Shown: one piece after another, positions 39,986 to 40,565 of the stretch
How positions within the stretch are numbered: position 1 is the stretch's first letter
Layout: every line of letters starts with the position of its first letter
Source: Chloroflexota bacterium
GTDB taxonomy: Bacteria > Chloroflexota > Limnocylindria > Limnocylindrales > CSP1-4
Reading direction: 5' to 3'
Length of the DNA stretch: 40,565 nt
NCBI GenBank assembly: GCA_013815585.1
Contig: JACDFU010000004.1
Coordinates: 1 to 40,565 of the forward strand
Translations under genes and position numbers: made by a program
The notes under the pieces: generated by a model
Database searches by the model: none
Seen by the model: only the letters and a program-made list of their open reading frames with translations
Told to the model about the DNA's origin: nothing

Positions 39986-40565
39986 TCAGATTTGAGCGCT
40001 GGGCGGCTTCTCCCAGACCGAGACGTGCTGGCGGCTGTCGCTCGTGAACGGCTCCTGCCTCCATCCTGACCAGCGGTCACGGAGCGCCATGCCGGCCAGC
40101 TGCGCCATCAGGTCCAGCTCGGCGGGCCAGACGTAGCGGAAGGGTATCGAGCGAAGTTCGACTTGTCCGTCGATGGTCCGAAAGTGATGCGAGACGAGCC
40201 CCTGTCTCGCGACGTCGTATTCGTCGATCCCCTGGTGGGCCTCGGTCCACTGGAAGACATGGAACGTTTCGCCGGGCGCCACGCGCTGAAGGTCGGGCAC
40301 ACCGACCTCGATGACGAAACACCCACCGGGCTCGAGGTGCGCCGCGACGTTCTGGAAGCACGCGACCTGAGCCTGCTGGGTGGTCAGGTTCATGATCGTG
40401 TTCCAAACGAGGTAGGCGAGGCTGAATGTCCCGTCGGCCTTCGCCGTCGCGAAATCGCCGATGGTGATGCCGATGCCATCTCCTCCCGGCTTGGCGCGCA
40501 GCCGCGCGGCCATCGCCCGCGACAATTCGATTCCATGCACTGGGACGCCGCGCGCAGCCAATGGC
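39986..40565 (-). CDS. Class I SAM-dependent methyltransferase (5' part outside the window)
   Basis: VHGIELSRAM, GDFAT, FSLAYLVWNT, HLEPGGCFVIE, RYVWPAELDLMAQLAG. Confidence 0.88.
   Translation of the reverse strand, partial: PLAARGVPVHGIELSRAMAARLRAKPGGDGIGITIGDFATAKADGTFSLAYLVWNTIMNLTTQQAQVACFQNVAAHLEPGGCFVIEVGVPDLQRVAPGETFHVFQWTEAHQGIDEYDVARQGLVSHHFRTIDGQVELRSIPFRYVWPAELDLMAQLAGMALRDRWSGWRQEPFTSDSRQHVSVWEKPPSAQI

Noticed and set aside
19700-40565. Integron cassette array, prophage or IS element explaining the mosaic
   Set aside because: Genes are in mixed orientation; no recurring attC-like repeat, integrase, transposase, terminal inverted repeats or phage genes were recognised.

Overview
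High-GC bacterial chromosomal window (gene content and style suggest Chloroflexota or Actinomycetota; this is inference only). It starts in core genes (miaB, miaA, hflX), with accessory genes between miaA and hflX, including a large adenylate/guanylate cyclase-STAND-TPR protein. At 9.97-14.96 kb a six-gene minus-strand cluster encodes a 78-aa leader/core type peptide (leader ending ELPARETM, beta-rich core with 2 Cys), a membrane protein, a PqqD/RRE-like + M50 intramembrane metalloprotease + DUF3105 fusion, a lipoprotein, an ECF sigma factor and a LysM-bearing putative anti-sigma factor. The peptide gene and the ECF gene share the same GAAACC-N16-CCCTC promoter-like motif, and a divergent LAL (ATPase-LuxR) regulator has a LuxR-type palindrome next to that promoter. 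This cluster is the best candidate for an undescribed system. It is followed by an RsbR-RsbS-RsbT stressosome module with no adjacent phosphatase. The next ~20 kb form a mosaic island with five intact VapBC-like pairs, several toxin-antitoxin and DNA-glycosylase relics, a type III restriction-modification system split by a VapBC pair, an ArsR-SRPBCC operon, a second ECF/anti-sigma pair and many deletion scars. Five genes appear to start at CTG, and one of them is missing from the supplied ORF track. No tRNA, rRNA, CRISPR array, integrase or transposase was recognised. All family assignments come from motif recognition by eye; no searches were run.
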